NCBI GenBank assembly: GCA_951406725.2
Contig: OX597814.1
Span: forward strand, 4,898,001 to 4,962,000
Source of the DNA: Octopus vulgaris
Taxonomy: Eukaryota
Direction: 5' to 3'
DNA length: 64,000 bases
The notes below the pieces were generated by a model. That model made no database searches, was not told the origin of the DNA, and saw only the letters and a list, made by a program, of their open reading frames with translations. Positions 26,955 through 40,687 of this stretch are shown piece by piece; within the stretch, counting starts at the first letter, position 1, and each line of letters opens with the position of its first letter. The translations under genes were made by a program, and so were the position numbers.

Positions 26955-27260
26955 CATATAAATATATATACATATATATATATACATATATATATATACA
27001 TATATATATACATATATACATATACATATATATATATACATACATATATATATATATATATACATATATACATATATATATATACATACACAGGAACAAG
27101 CACATATATATGTAACACATGCATACATACACACCTACATTCACACGCACATATATACATACACACACACACATACATACATACACACACACATGCACAC
27201 ACACCTACACACACACATACATACATACACACACACCTACACACATACATACAAGACAAA
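26429..27260. repeat. (TA)/(TACA)/(CA)n tract (similar at 27630-28098, 28541-28762, 61345-61700)
   Basis: Direct reading. Confidence 0.97.
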
Positions 27261-27946
27261 TACACATCTATCCGCATACGGGAGAATGTAGGTGGAAGTA
27301 CATCTCGATGCTAAGAAAATGTTTTAATAATACAAGAAGCCAATGAAATGGTGCCAATCTTTCCATTCGTAACAGTTTCTGGTTAAGTCCTGCCCACCCC
27401 CCACCCCACCCCCCCACCCGCGTGCTCCCCCCCCCCCCCACTTAGGCCCTCACCAGAGATAGTCGCTCCATCATCAGGCGCTGCCGCTTTATCTGGCTGC
27501 TGGAAATTAGCTCAATGATGAGGCTTCCGCAAATACATTTTTAAAAGGTTAAGTGAGAGGATGCTATATCGATCTGAAACCTCCTCTCACAACCTCGCAA
27601 CCCGTTCCCCTATCTCAGCCACACAATGATAATATATACATAACATACATACATATATATATATATATATACATACACACATATATACATACACACACAT
27701 ATATATACACACACATATATATACATATATATATATACATACATGCATACATATATACATACATAAATAGATGCATACATATATATATATATATATATAT
27801 ACATACATACATATATACATACATACATATATATACACATGCATATATATACACATGCATATATATATACACATATATATATATATATACATATATATAT
27901 ACATGCATATATATATACATGCATATATATATACATACATATATAT

Positions 27947-27977
<31 letters not shown>

Positions 27978-27979
27978 CA

Positions 27980-28011
<32 letters not shown>

Positions 28012-28099
28012 CATACATATAAATATATATATAGAAACATATAATATACATATATATACATATACACATGCATATATATATACACATACATATATATAC

Positions 28100-28541
28100 G
28101 TCGTCGTCGTGAGCGCTACATCATCTGCATGATGTGGAAAATATTCCATCAGCATTGCCCAAATGATGTTGGCATCACCTTTAAGGTACATCCAAGGCTT
28201 GGGCCCCGTGCCATCCGCCCAAAACAAAAATCGCACTCTCATCTCATAACAACAATACGGCACAATTATTTCACCTCAATTGGCCCCGCTCTCTTTAACA
28301 TTACACCAAAACACATTAAAACAGAAACTGACCCTATAGGGTTCAAGAAGTCTTTGGACAGATTCCTTCAAGAAATCCCGGATAAACCCCCTACACCCGG
28401 ATATGTCTCTGTAAACAATAACTCTCTACTTGAGTGGGCCATAGTGCCCAAATTCTGACTTGAAAGACTTCACCAGGTGGTGCTATTAAGTTAGACATGG
28501 CCTGGGCCAATAATGGCCGAAACCTATCAAAGTATCAAAGT
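28100..28541 (+). mobile_element. 3' end of a related CR1-group LINE
   Basis: GPALFNITPK...FKKSLDRFLQEIPDKP; short tandem tail; inverted tail fragment at 28770-28830. Confidence 0.8.
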
Positions 28542-28687
28542 ATATACATATATATATACATATATATATACATACATATATATATATACATACATACATA
28601 TATATACGTACATATATATATACGTACATATATATACATATATATATATACTTACATATATATATACATATATATATACTTACATAC

Positions 28688-28765
<78 letters not shown>

Positions 28766-28833
28766 CTTAGAATAACTTAGAAAGGTCTTGGCCAGTAGTG
28801 GCCCAGGTCATGTCTAACTTAATAGCTCATGCA

Positions 28834-28868
<35 letters not shown>

Positions 28869-28873
<5 letters not shown>

Positions 28874-30297
28874 AAGTCATGGAACGGATAGTCAGAAAGA
28901 AACTAATCGCATTCCTTGAGGAAAATAACTTGCTGAGTGATACCCAGCATCGTTTTCGACCAGGTAGGAGCTGCCTGACCCAGCTCTTACAGCATTATGA
29001 CTGGGTGTTGAGGCAGTTACTCAACAAATCAAATGTGGACGTAATCTACCTTGATTTTGCAAAAGCTTTTGACAAGGTGGATCATGGTATGATATGCCAC
29101 AAACTACGTGATCTCGGCATAGCTGGAAAACTTAGAGTGTGGTTGCATGACTTCCTGAAAAATAGGAGTCAGGCAGTAGTGGTTAATGGAGCCACCTCTA
29201 TGAACACACAAATAGTGAGCGGTGTTCCACAGGGCACTGTCTTGGGACCACTGCTTTTTATAGTGGCCCTCTCAGATATGCCCTCAAATGCCCGGATAGC
29301 CACTCTGGCAAGCTATGCAGACGATACGAAAGTCTCGCAGAAAATACAGAACCCCAGCGATGTTGCACACCTGCAGCAGGAGTTGGACTCAATCTACAGA
29401 TGGGCTGAGGATAATAATATGCAGTTTAATGCTGAAAAATTCTAGGCCCTGCGCTACCAGCATCCAACACTGAATATTAAACTTACAGGATACACTGGTC
29501 CACAGGGAATTTCAATCCCAGAGCCTAAGTCTGTGAGGGACCTGGGTATCGACATGAGTGATGATACCTCTTTCCAAGTGCACATTACCAGGATGGCGAC
29601 AAAGTGCAGACGACTGGCTGGGTGGATCCTAAGAACATTCAGAACCAGAGATAAGGAAACCATGATGGTCCTCTGGCGGACATTCGTCCTCAGTCGCCTG
29701 GATTACTGCTCACAGCTATGGTCACCCACCAGTGTAAAATTAACAGCGGACCTTGAAGCAATCCAGAGAAGATTCACAAATAAGATCGTCTCTTTGCAAC
29801 AGCTCAGCTACTGGGAAAGGTTGAAACAGCTAAGACTCTACTCCCTGGAGAGGAGACGGGAGAGGTATGCAGTAATATATGTCTGGAAGATCCTGGAAAG
29901 AATTGTTCTAAATTTTGGCATTGTAAGCTACACCAATGCTAGAACAGGACGACACTGCATAGTGCCAAAGATCCCAGCAATGCCATCACGCTTCAGGACC
30001 AGCTTCTGCAACAGCCTGGGTGTTAAGTGCACACAGCTTTTTAATATTCTCCCAAAGAGTCTGAGGAACTTGCACAAAGTAGACGTAGCGGTTTTTAAAT
30101 CAAACCTGGACATCTTCCTGTCAAGAGTCCCAGATGAACCTACCTCACGGCAAGAGGTGCAAATGAGAGTAGCTATATCAAACTCCATTCTTCACCAAGT
30201 ACCACATATTAGACGAGGTTCGTCGTAATAACAGTGTAGCACAAAACGACGGTGCATCAGCATGGCCGCAGCTCTGAGCTGAAACTAGAAAAAAATT
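28869..30297 (+). mobile_element. 5'-truncated CR1-group LINE, reverse transcriptase with in-frame stop
   Basis: YLDFAKAFDKVDH, SGVPQGTVLGPLLF, YADD, DLGI, SLERRRER; TAG at 29443. Confidence 0.95.
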
Positions 30298-30609
30298 TTT
30301 TTTTTAAATACATATATATAATACATGTATATACATATATATGCACACACACATATATATATATACATACATATATATACATACAGAGTTTCTCTTCGCT
30401 ATTCCAAATCATTATATCAGGTCTGTTGTGCTTACATTTTATTGTCTTCACTGGTATGTATGTATGGCGATATACATACATAGATGTATGTATGTATGTA
30501 TGTATGTATGTATGTATGTATGTATGTATGTATGTATTTATTATGTATGTATGTATGTATGTATGTATGTATGTATGTATGTATGGAGATATACATCCAT
30601 AGATACTGT

Positions 30610-31900
30610 TGCAATTTGTCTTCAACGAATCTCCAGAAGAAGTCTGCTTTTACAGGTGAACCGGCGGGTCCCTTTTCCAGTCCTTGCACACCTCACAGCA
30701 AAAACCAAGACCAAGTCAACCTTGATAATAGATCTCCGCTCTGCAAATGATGCAGCATTGGTTGCTCACAGTGAGTCGTCTCTACAGGCAATGATGGAGC
30801 ACCTTTCACAAGCCTGCAAGCCATTTTCTCTTGTAATCAGCATCAAGAAGACCCTCGTTCTGACAAAAGGTGGTGCAACTCAAGGCAATATCATGCTGGA
30901 CAAGCCATTGGAGGTTGTAAAGAAATTCTGCTTTCTTGAGTCCAGAATGGCTTCGACAACCTACCTAGACAACGAAATATGTTGTTGTTTGTTCCTTCTT
31001 GAGTCATGCCTGGCTCATAAGGGCCGGTTTCCCGGTTTCCTTGGCGTATAGGTTCCCCACCTGGACGGGACGCCGGTCCATCGCAGGTGAGCTGCTACAT
31101 GCAGGAGGAAAGAGTGAGAGAAAGCTGTGGCGAAAGAGTCAGCAGAAGTTTCGCCATTACCTTCTGCTGTAGCCGCGTGGAGCTTAGGTGTTTCGCTCAT
31201 AAACACACACATTGCCCGGTCTGAGATTCGAACCCGCGATCCCTCGACCGCGAGTCCGCTGCTCTAACCACTAGGCCATGTGCCCCCACCAACGAAATAT
31301 GTGATAGGACAGGAATAGCTGCAACAGCCTTTGGTAAACTCAAAAGAAAAAGCATGGAAAAGCAAGATGCTTACAGTGAGAACCAAACTCGGGATTTATG
31401 GAGCATGTATGCTGAGCAGCCTCGTCTATGGATCAGGGATCTGGACACTAAAAGCAGTACAAGAGAAGCTCAATGTCTTTCGTTTTAAGATGCCTGCACA
31501 TGATCGTTGGCATCTCCTGGCAAGAGAAAGTAACAAACACAGAAGTCGTGAAACAGGCAGCACTTGCGAGCGTGACAACTATTCTGCGCAAAAAGAGACC
31601 AAGAATGGCTTGGACACGTGAAGCGGGTGGATGGCAACAGAATTCTTAAACAATTGTTATAGGGTGAGTTGGCTTGGGGTAGCAGACCCAGGGGACGACC
31701 AAAGCTGAGATTGAAGGACACATGTAAGGGCAGCCTGACCAAGGGCCACATCGCTGTAAAGACTTGGGAAAAGTTAGGGGAAGACGGAACAGCAAGGAAG
31801 ACCTCAGGAGTCAACAAAGGAATCAAAAGTCTCTAAGAAGGAAAACATCCTGGATTCCGTAGCAAAATGCCAAAGAAAGAAAGAAAGACAACACGCTGCA
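30610..31900 (+). mobile_element. Degenerate RTE-clade LINE fragment
   Basis: ANDAALVAHSESSLQ, ISIKKT, LEVVKKFCFL, WLGHVKRVD...GRPKLR. Confidence 0.85.
30983..31289 (-). mobile_element. Full-length tRNA-derived SINE (V-domain-like) inserted in the RTE
   Basis: A box TGGCCTAGTGG, B box GGTTCGAATC, cctgcgatggac...cccgtccagg core, (AAC)n tail, 13-bp TSD caacgaaatatgt. Confidence 0.9.
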
Positions 31901-34006
31901 ACCTTGCAGCACCTTCCTTGCTTCCTTGCAGCACCTTCCCTGCTTCCCTGCTTCCTTGCAGCAGAACTTGCTCTTCAAACATCTTGGCCAAAATATTTCT
32001 TTTCATATTGCTTCTTTCCCCCTTTTGATTGGAGGGGAGGGAATGTTTGGCCTGCTCGCCTAATCAGCTGGGTTGTGTCATTTGAAGGCTAAAACAATGC
32101 AGAAGCGCATTGTGACCAGTGATGTGTAACAATATCTGATAGCCTGGTCGGTCACGTGATACAGACAGACAGACAGAGAGACAAACATACTCAATGAATG
32201 TGTTTTGTTTGTTCGCCGGTGCCCTGCAACATGGCTCTTTGGGGACGACTCCCTCATAACACTGGGTATTAAAATACTTGAAAGTAATAGAGAGGCGAAG
32301 CAACTCGCATCCAGAACCGTCCAAGGGTGATGGATGTCACTATTTCGCCATTTATGCGGCTTATCAACACCACTTGCCTAAATCGAACTGAATCGCCAGT
32401 CTTTGACTAAATACAAATAGTGTAAGAACCAAAAATGGTGAAATACGGTACCCATCACTTCTGGATGGGACTGAGGGGAGAGTTGTCTCGCTTCTCTCTA
32501 ACGTTCGTGTGTCTTCGTATCCAATGCTATGAGGCAGTCATACCCAAAGCAGTGTACAACAATGAACTGGCGAACAAGCAAAGCATACATTCAGTATGCG
32601 CGGTCGATAGTGTTTACAACATTAGCGCTGTTTTTAATTCGTAACTGAATATATATTCTTTTATGTGTTCCAGTCCAAAGGTTATGGTCATGCTGGAGCA
32701 TCGTCAGCGTTATCACCTTTTCAATGCCCATTCTTATGCCACTGGCTTTTGATGAATGTGTGGTGGGTGTCTTCGTCCCCCACCTATTTCTATTTCTTTT
32801 TCTTTACTGCCCACAAGGGGCTATACACAGAGGGGACAAACAAGGACAGACAAACGGATTAAGTCGATTACATCGACCCCAGTGCGTAACTGGTACTTAT
32901 TTAATCAACCCCGAAAGGATGAAAGGCAAAGCGAACCTCGGCGGAATTTGAACTCAGAACGCAGCGGCGGACGAAATACCACAAAGCATTTCGCCCGGTT
33001 TGCTAACGTTTCTGCCAGCTCGCGGCCTTTTCGTCCCCCACCACCGCTTAACAGGTGTTGGTACATTTACGTCCCAATAACTTAGCATGTTGATTCATTT
33101 AACAAAAATTTTTTCAAGTCGGTGTCCCTGAATGGCTGCAGTCTAATGACTGAAACAAGTAAAAGATATCGAAAATGGCAATGGAATCCTTAACTTATTT
33201 CCTGCCAAAACATTTTCTTTGTCTCTTCAGTTTTATTCTTCAATCCAGCATTGGAAGTAAATGGATTCTGATGGATGTTTATTTATGTAAATAGCGTTGA
33301 TTGTTATCGTTTCAGATGCTAGGATCTTTTAAAATCAATCCATCGCATCAATGGATACACAAACATCACATTAAGCGCCGAATGGATCATTGCATAGCCA
33401 AGAGATCCCCACACTTTAATAAGGTTTTTTGCAGGGTTAAAGATTGAAGGGGCAGTTTTGTTGCCAAGCATGGAAAACTTTGATGGTGCCGAATAATGCG
33501 AGCCAGAAGAGCTGTGTCTGCACAACGCAAAGGAGAGATGTGGTGGAGGTAGGGAGAGGGTGTGGGGAGGAATCTACACATTCTACCAAGCTAACTCTAA
33601 CACAATTTAATTTAAATTTCGTTATTGCTATGGCCTCTTCGTTATTGCTATGGCTCCCAAAGACGCTTCGATGTTTCCTTATCCTTTCCCACCCCAACCA
33701 CCTATCCACCCTTCCTACCCGCACCCCAGTATGTCACCCACATTGCCGCAATACAGACGCAGTAGCTTGTTACTTTGCTCCAAAGAAAACAAAACTAAAC
33801 GTGACTACTAGGTTTTATTGTTTAGTCAATTAATTAACAAACCAATTATATATAACGAATTAACTACTCTTATCTTATTTATTTAACGTGGAGCCTGGTG
33901 CAGCCGCTGGCTCTCCAGCCCTCAGTCAAACCGTCCAACCCATGCCAGCATGGAAAACGGACGTTAAACAATGATGATGATGATTTAATTGTATTTGTAT
34001 TAACAT

Positions 34007-34403
34007 AGGCGCAGGAGTGGCTGTGTGGTAAGTAGCTTGCTAACCAGCCACATGGTTCCGGGTTCAGTCCCACTGCGTGGCACCTTGGGCAAGTGTCTTC
34101 TGCTATAGCCCCGGGCCGACCAATGCCTTGTGAGTGGATTTGGTAGACGGAAACTGAAAGAAGCCTGTCGTATATATGTATGTATATATATATAAGTGTG
34201 TGTGTGTGTTTGTGTTTGTCCCCCTAGCATTGCTTGACAACTGATGCTGGTGTGTTTACGTCCCCGTAACTTAGCGGTTCGGCAAAAGAGACTGATAGAA
34301 TAAGTACTGGGCTTACAAAGAATAAGTCCTGGGGTCGAGTTGCTCGACTAAAGGCAGTGCTCCAGCATGGCCGCAGTCAAATGACTGAAACATGTAAAAG
34401 AGT
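34007..34403 (+). mobile_element. SINE family A, full length
   Basis: Same head, core and tail. Confidence 0.92.
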
Positions 34404-34683
34404 ATAGCTTCTCCTCCTGCTGGTCGATGGCAGCCACCTGCAAAGGAAGTAACAAGGATTAACCAGTTAGCTCCTCCTTGTTTGTATTTATTTGTATCTG
34501 TACTGACATTTCTTCTACTAATGCTTGTACAGCACCCACTTCCAGTGGAGGCAGCAAGTGTAACATGAATGAGGGTAGATTAAATGTGAGGATGACTGTT
34601 ATGGCATGTCTGTCGGCAAACGCTTAGAACTTTCTAAAAGCTCCCCCTTTCCATGTTACCTCCTGCCTCTCCTCACATTCTCT

Positions 34684-36082
34684 CAGAGTTGGCACTGTCA
34701 ATGCAAGCACATTGAAAGACAGGTCTGGTGATATTGTTGAGATGCTTGAACAGGGTCATGTGTTGGATGTGTGTTGCATTCAAGAAGTAAGGTGGAGGGG
34801 AGCTTCAGCCAGGTTCCTCACAGGCAAAACACATAGGTATAAATTCTTCTGGGAGGGCAACAGTGAACATACTTCTAGCAAGGAAATGGGTTAATGAGGT
34901 GATTGTGGTAGTCAGAGTATGTGATAGAGTACTTAAGCTTAGACTAGTGTTACAGAGTTGCACAACAACAATTATCTCTGCCTATGCCCACCAAACCCAG
35001 TCTGGTAAATTAACAAAAGGACCGCTTTTATGAAATTCTTCTCCAGGCTACCTCAAAGACAAATTACAGTGACCTTATCTTCATGGCTGGTGATTTCAAA
35101 GGACATGTCAGGCAGCATCCAGGTGTCTTTCATGGGCTGTGTGGGGGCCATGGAATTGGTTCCCAAAATGAGGGAACAAGGCTGCTGGAGTTCTGTGATG
35201 TGAATGACTTAATGATCTGCAGCACCAACTTCAGGAAACCAGCCAATCACCTGATAACCTATAAATCTGGTGACCATGTGAGCCAGATTCACTACATTGT
35301 CCCCAGAAACTGAGACGCAGGGTTGCTCATAAATGCAAAATCTTTCCCTGATGAAGGCTGTATCCCTCAGCAAAGCTTAATCATCAGTGATTTCAGACTA
35401 GAAGCAAGAAGGATTCTAAGAAGGAAGCCAGTTTGGAAACGAGGGAGCTTAAGGATCTTCTGAATGGTCAGAGATTTAGAAACGTCCTAACTGAAGCATT
35501 TCATGAGGAGTTACAGACATGCAACATAGAACTGTAAGTTGCTATGAGACAACTTACTGAGAGCCACAGACCAAATTTGTAGTTGTTGCACTCCACCTCA
35601 TGCCCCGGCACTCGCCACTGTCGCTCGTCCATGCTCATACGCGTCGCCTGCCAACAGCTGCTGTTCCATTCGTTCGTCCTTTCGCATGCTCAGCATCCTC
35701 CTCGTTTCTGCATTTCTGTCATTGGTGCAAAGTCTCAACCAGACCAGCCATGGTGGTGGAACGGTTTACTTGACAGAGCCATCAGAGCAAAGAAGCAGGA
35801 CCGGAAAGGTGGCGGTAGCAAGGAACCATTGCAGGGAGCTAGAAGGGAAGCTAGAGAGAAGGCGTACTTAGCCAGGGGTGAAGCAGAAAGGAAGAAGGTT
35901 GCCAAAGTCTTGCAGCATGAGGACCAGCAACTTGAGGTGGTTTGCATCAGGAAAGGCATCCAGGTGTAGAAACCAAGCCAAAATCAGACTGGAACCTGGT
36001 ACAGCTCTCCAGTTTACCAGTTTCGGTTAAACCATCTAACCCATGCCAGCATGGAAAATGGACGTTAAATGAAGATGATGAT
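34684..36082 (+). mobile_element. Degenerate, internally deleted RTE LINE (AP endonuclease region joined to 3' tail)
   Basis: DVCCIQEVRWRG, MAGDFKGHV, LLEFC; (GAT)n tail. Confidence 0.85.
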
Positions 36083-36188
36083 GAAAGACCTTTTGGATTT
36101 GGAAAAGTCAGCTTGTTCACATGAAAAACTAATTCTAAAAGCTCAGACATGTATACAACCCTACAGGACACAACATTCTAAAACCACA

Positions 36189-36226
<38 letters not shown>

Positions 36227-37791
36227 TACACCTCATTGTTCCCCTAAAACCAGTCAAGTGTCTGTAACATGATTAGCCTTACTGGTCCCAAACACTGTAT
36301 TAGATTGTATCATCATCATCATTATTTAATGCTTGTTTTCCATGCTGGTATGGGTTGGACGGTTTGACAGGTGCTGGCAAGGCTGGAGAGCCCCACCAGG
36401 TTCCACAGTCTGTTTTGGCCCTGGTTTCTACAGCAGGATGCTCTTCTTCAGACCAACCACCACCTGACAGAGTGTAGTGGGTGCTTTTTACATGGCACCA
36501 ACATCAACAGGGTCACCAAGTAACTTGCAAGGTAAAGAAAAAACCCTCAGCTGGAAGTGGGGAGGAGTATTGAGGCAGGGTTGGCTCTGTGCCAGTTGAT
36601 GAGAGGTTAGAGGTGTTGAGGGGCAGGTTTAGGGTCCAGTTGTTGAGTAGATACATGGATATTCCAGTTGGAAAAGAAAGGAGGGTGGGTTAAGGAATAG
36701 GACACAAGAATAAGAAGTTTGAATGCTTCATTTCATCACATCCTTCCTTATTTGATCGGTGTTGGTCATGGCATTGCTCAATATGGTTAGTGAATGAAAA
36801 TAACAACATTAATAACATTATCAATAATTATAAAACTTACGTAAAAAGTACCCACTACACTCTTGGAGTGGTTGGCATTAGGAAGGGCATCCAGCTGTAG
36901 AAACTCTGCCAGATCAAGATTGGAGCCTGGTGCAGTCATCTGGTTCGCCAGCCCTCAGTCAAAATTGTCCAACCCATGCTAGCATGGAAAGCAGACATTA
37001 AATGACGATGATGATGATGATGAAAGTGCCATGCTTCCTTTTAACCCTTTTTTCATACAAACCTGAAACAGCGCCTGGTTCTCTGACACAAACTTTTTTT
37101 TTTAAAAAGTGATTGAAATTAAAATCTTCTTCTATCAAAATTTCCGGTTACTTTGTGTTTCTAACACCAGTTTTTTAATAAAGACAAAGTTATTTTAATG
37201 AATTTTTCATTATTTCCAAAAATAATTTGAAACAAAGGAAATTTATTTGAAAAGAAAACAAAAAGATTAAAGAATATGCTGTGGTGGATGGGTGGGGGTG
37301 AAATGATGGTGTGAGGGGAGGGGTGCGAATAGTGAAACTGTTCTGGCTGAGAGGAGAAGCCAAGTGAGAGACTGAGTGAATGGAGGGCTTACATGCTGCC
37401 CTCATCACATTGGTGACACATGAACCAAGAGATGCAGACTTCTTACATACAGACACACAGACAGATCGTAGCAGTTAGCCATTGCTGAAACATTGTTGAT
37501 GTTACAGATTGTTGGTTTTAGTCAGAGAGACTCGTTAGGCAACAACGAGCAGCTGAAGGATAATATTTGGAGAAAAGATTTCGCTAATTAGCCGAGGCTT
37601 TACAGAGCCTGCACTGGTGCAGTCTTGGACCAAATACTCACACAGAGGAATGGTGGAATAAATATATGTTATTTCTTTACAAGACTCTTTTTAGATTGAG
37701 AAAGTGTGAGAAGAGTTAAAGATTGTGGAATACAAGAACCATACATGATACAACGGAACCCTAGAGGCTGTCCTTTATTTTGGTCTTGAGA

Positions 37792-38110
37792 TCAAATCCA
37801 TGTATCGAGGGATCCGACAGCAGTGTAAAGCCAGTAGATGTCATCGGGAAAGACGACGTACGTGTAAAGATTGTCTCCGTTGTACTGGAATCCATGTTCT
37901 CTCATCTCCCATGTGACCGGTGCATCAGTAAAGCCATGAATGGTCATTGCTGACCACTTGAGCCTGTACTGGGTTACAATAGTCCTTAATTCCAAGAGAA
38001 TCTTTTGAATAGTTTGAGGAAGAATGAAACCTTTCACATTATAATTCAAACTGTCCACCGTATAATTTGGGGTCGGAGTGAACGACATATGGCAGTCTTC
38101 ATCTACATGG
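37792..38110 (-). CDS. RPP40: RPP40 terminal exon 7 (HVDEDCHMSF...GFILP...HGFTDAPVTW...EHGF...AVGSLDTWI*)
   Basis: Acceptor cttttgcAG, 319 nt to TGA; resembles human GFILPE, QGFADSPVSW, EHGF. The seven exons sum to 1086 nt in one frame. Confidence 0.95.
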
Positions 38111-40360
38111 CTGCAAAAGAAGAAGAAAAAACAAACAGAAAAAGTTAAAGGGTTTTTCTTGTTACTGTTTAACCACAGGTCAACCCTGATTGTACAAAAC
38201 TAGTTACATCAAATACAATCCAGACATGACCAACTCATATTTTTAATGATACCCACTACTACATAATCTAAATAAGTGGTTATAAACTGGGGTCCATATA
38301 AGATTCTTGGGGGTCCACGCAAGCAGAATAGTAAATCAGGGATCCATGGTAGCATTTTAAGGGTCTGAGAAAAAATTCCACTTTAGAGGCATTTTCTCTC
38401 TTTCATCATCATCATCATCATCGTTCTACATAATTAAAGCACATTTCCAGGCGAGTTCCATCGCAAACCAATACAAGGGAAATGGGCGAAAAACGAAATA
38501 GGGATTTTGGAGACAGTTTTTAAACATTAAATGGTTATTGGGGGAGGGGAAGTCTACCAGAATAAAACAGTAATCAACGGGGCCCAGAGATTAAAAAATG
38601 GTTGAGAACCAATAATCTAAGGCATTCTTTCATGTTTTAAGGGATTAAGGTGTAATTTGTGGATGATTTGACAGCTATTTCTACCCGATTCCATCAGATC
38701 TCAGTTTAAAACCGTATTAAGGGTCTTTAAACAACAAAAGATTAAATTGTGCGCAAAACACAAAAGCATTAGCCTGGCTGTGAGGTTAAGATGCTTGTTT
38801 TCCAACCTCATGGTTCCAGGTTCAGTCCCACTGCATGGCACCTTGGGCAAGTGTATTCAACTCAAATCACATGACTACAATCTGAGGAGGAAGAAATGAG
38901 GATACATTAGAAAATGTAGTTCCACATGGAGAGTCTGAATAAAAGATGAGTTGGTCGTGGTTGGAACGTCTTTGATTATTCAAGAATGAGCAGAAAGTTT
39001 AAGCCAGAAGAGAGCTATTCTCAGCACTCATAAACGGCTCAAAACAATTTTGAAAGAAAAGAAAATATCGGACAATTTCCTATTGCAAACGTTTCCTGGT
39101 CGGAACGGGTGGCATTTAAGGGGAGGAAATCTTATAAATTGATCGAAGGGAGATAAACACGTATTTGGAGTTATGTACCTTGCCTAAGTATATGACGTCT
39201 TGGCTGTGTTGTAGCCGTGACTTCAATCAGGTCATCCCCGTCATCACACGCGCACACCAGAAAATAAAGGGAGAGGGGAAGAGATGACGGGGTGTTACCC
39301 CCATCTTCTTTGACAGCCAAAGCACTGGCTTCCAGTCGGTTTTACCAACCACAGGACTTTGTTAGTTAAAAGCCTCATAAGGCGAGAAGAACGAAGGTTA
39401 CCTGGGAGTAATGTAACTCCAGAGAAGCTGAATGCCTGAAAGAATTTTTGCCAGAACACCAACACAACACAGAGAAAAGAGTGAAGAGATGAGACAAAAT
39501 TCAAGATGGCTTTGAGATGTGACATCTTTATTGGTCAACTCAGGTCACACGGTTTTATTGGTCTGGAAATGACACCATTCTTTTCTTGGTTCTTGGACCA
39601 ACATTGTCAGACAGGATGTTGGTAGGTAGCTGTGACATAGTTTATTTGGCAGCATAAATTTTATTGCATTTGATTCCATACCTGGCAGGGTGTTGTGGGT
39701 TAGGGGCTTGGTGGATGATTTGTGAAGAACTAACACAGCAGCAACAGCCTTTCTCGAGACCCTGCAACCATCAGAACAACTTCCCCAACATCAAATGGTG
39801 AATCATTGACGAATCCCCCTACCTTACTCACCTGCAACTCCCAGCTGCCAACTTTGCCTCTCTCAGAGACGACACAGACTTCATCAACCTGTAGCATCGA
39901 TCAACAGGAAGAATGAACCGTCTTCATGTTGCCACCAGAGAAATGTCTTGTAAACCTTTTAGCAGTTAAGCAGGCTATATTCGGCCAAAATATTCTACTC
40001 GTTTTATGCTCAAGCTGACCAGATCAGGCCTCTCGGACCAACCCTACAATATCATTCCAAAAATTAACAGTTATCTCATCAAAATCTCTAAACTACAAGA
40101 TAATGCCTGATCAATTCAAAACATTGTGAATAAACAAACATCACATTTGAGAGAATAATCAGAAGAACGCTGAAGGGTCAAAGAACTCCAAGATATCCCA
40201 CCTGAGGTCACACTGCTCCACACACAAGGGCAGCTACTTAAAAACCTGCTGTTCATAAAGACCACAGCCCTGTCCATGATGGCCAGCCAGCCTCAATTTT
40301 TTTACATTATTTACTTTATTTACATTTGACGGACATTTGTTCCTCCCCTTGATTGTTGTT

Positions 40361-40596
40361 AACACGTTTTCGGCTGAAATACCCTCCAACCTTCATCAGG
40401 TGTCTTGGGGAAATTTCAAACCTGGCTTCTCATTCCTAATATATTTTCAATGTTGTTGTTGTTATTATTACAGTTCTATATTTTAGAGATGAGGAATTAT
40501 TATTTACATTATTTACATTTGACGGATATTTGTCCTCATCTTGTTTGTTGTTAACACAACATTTCAGCTGATGTACCCTCCAGCCTTCATCAGCGT
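40361..40596 (-). ncRNA. Tandem pair of degenerate minimal hammerhead motifs in RPP40 intron 6
   Basis: Two ~190-bp units; minus strand CTGATGA-aggttgg...cagcc-GAAAAC (40361-40403) and CTGATGA-aggctg...cagct-GAAAT-GTT-gtg (40553-40596). Confidence 0.6.
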
Positions 40597-40687
40597 GGAG
40601 CAAAAGGGCAAAAGCTAGCTCGATCTCCATTTTCAGTTCTCATTCTTAAGGTATTTATCTTAAGTATATACAATGTATATGCACAGT

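Noticed and set aside
31215-31289. tRNA-like sequence
   Set aside because: Acceptor stem not formed; it is the head of a TSD-flanked SINE.
33316-33495. 59-codon + strand ORF after a ttcAG acceptor, and exon-like segments near 454-551 and 6264-6345
   Set aside because: No recognisable homology and no consistent gene model; would need RNA-seq.
37774-37779. AATAAA 12 nt after the RPP40 stop
   Set aside because: Cannot be distinguished from chance in AT-rich DNA without 3'-end data.
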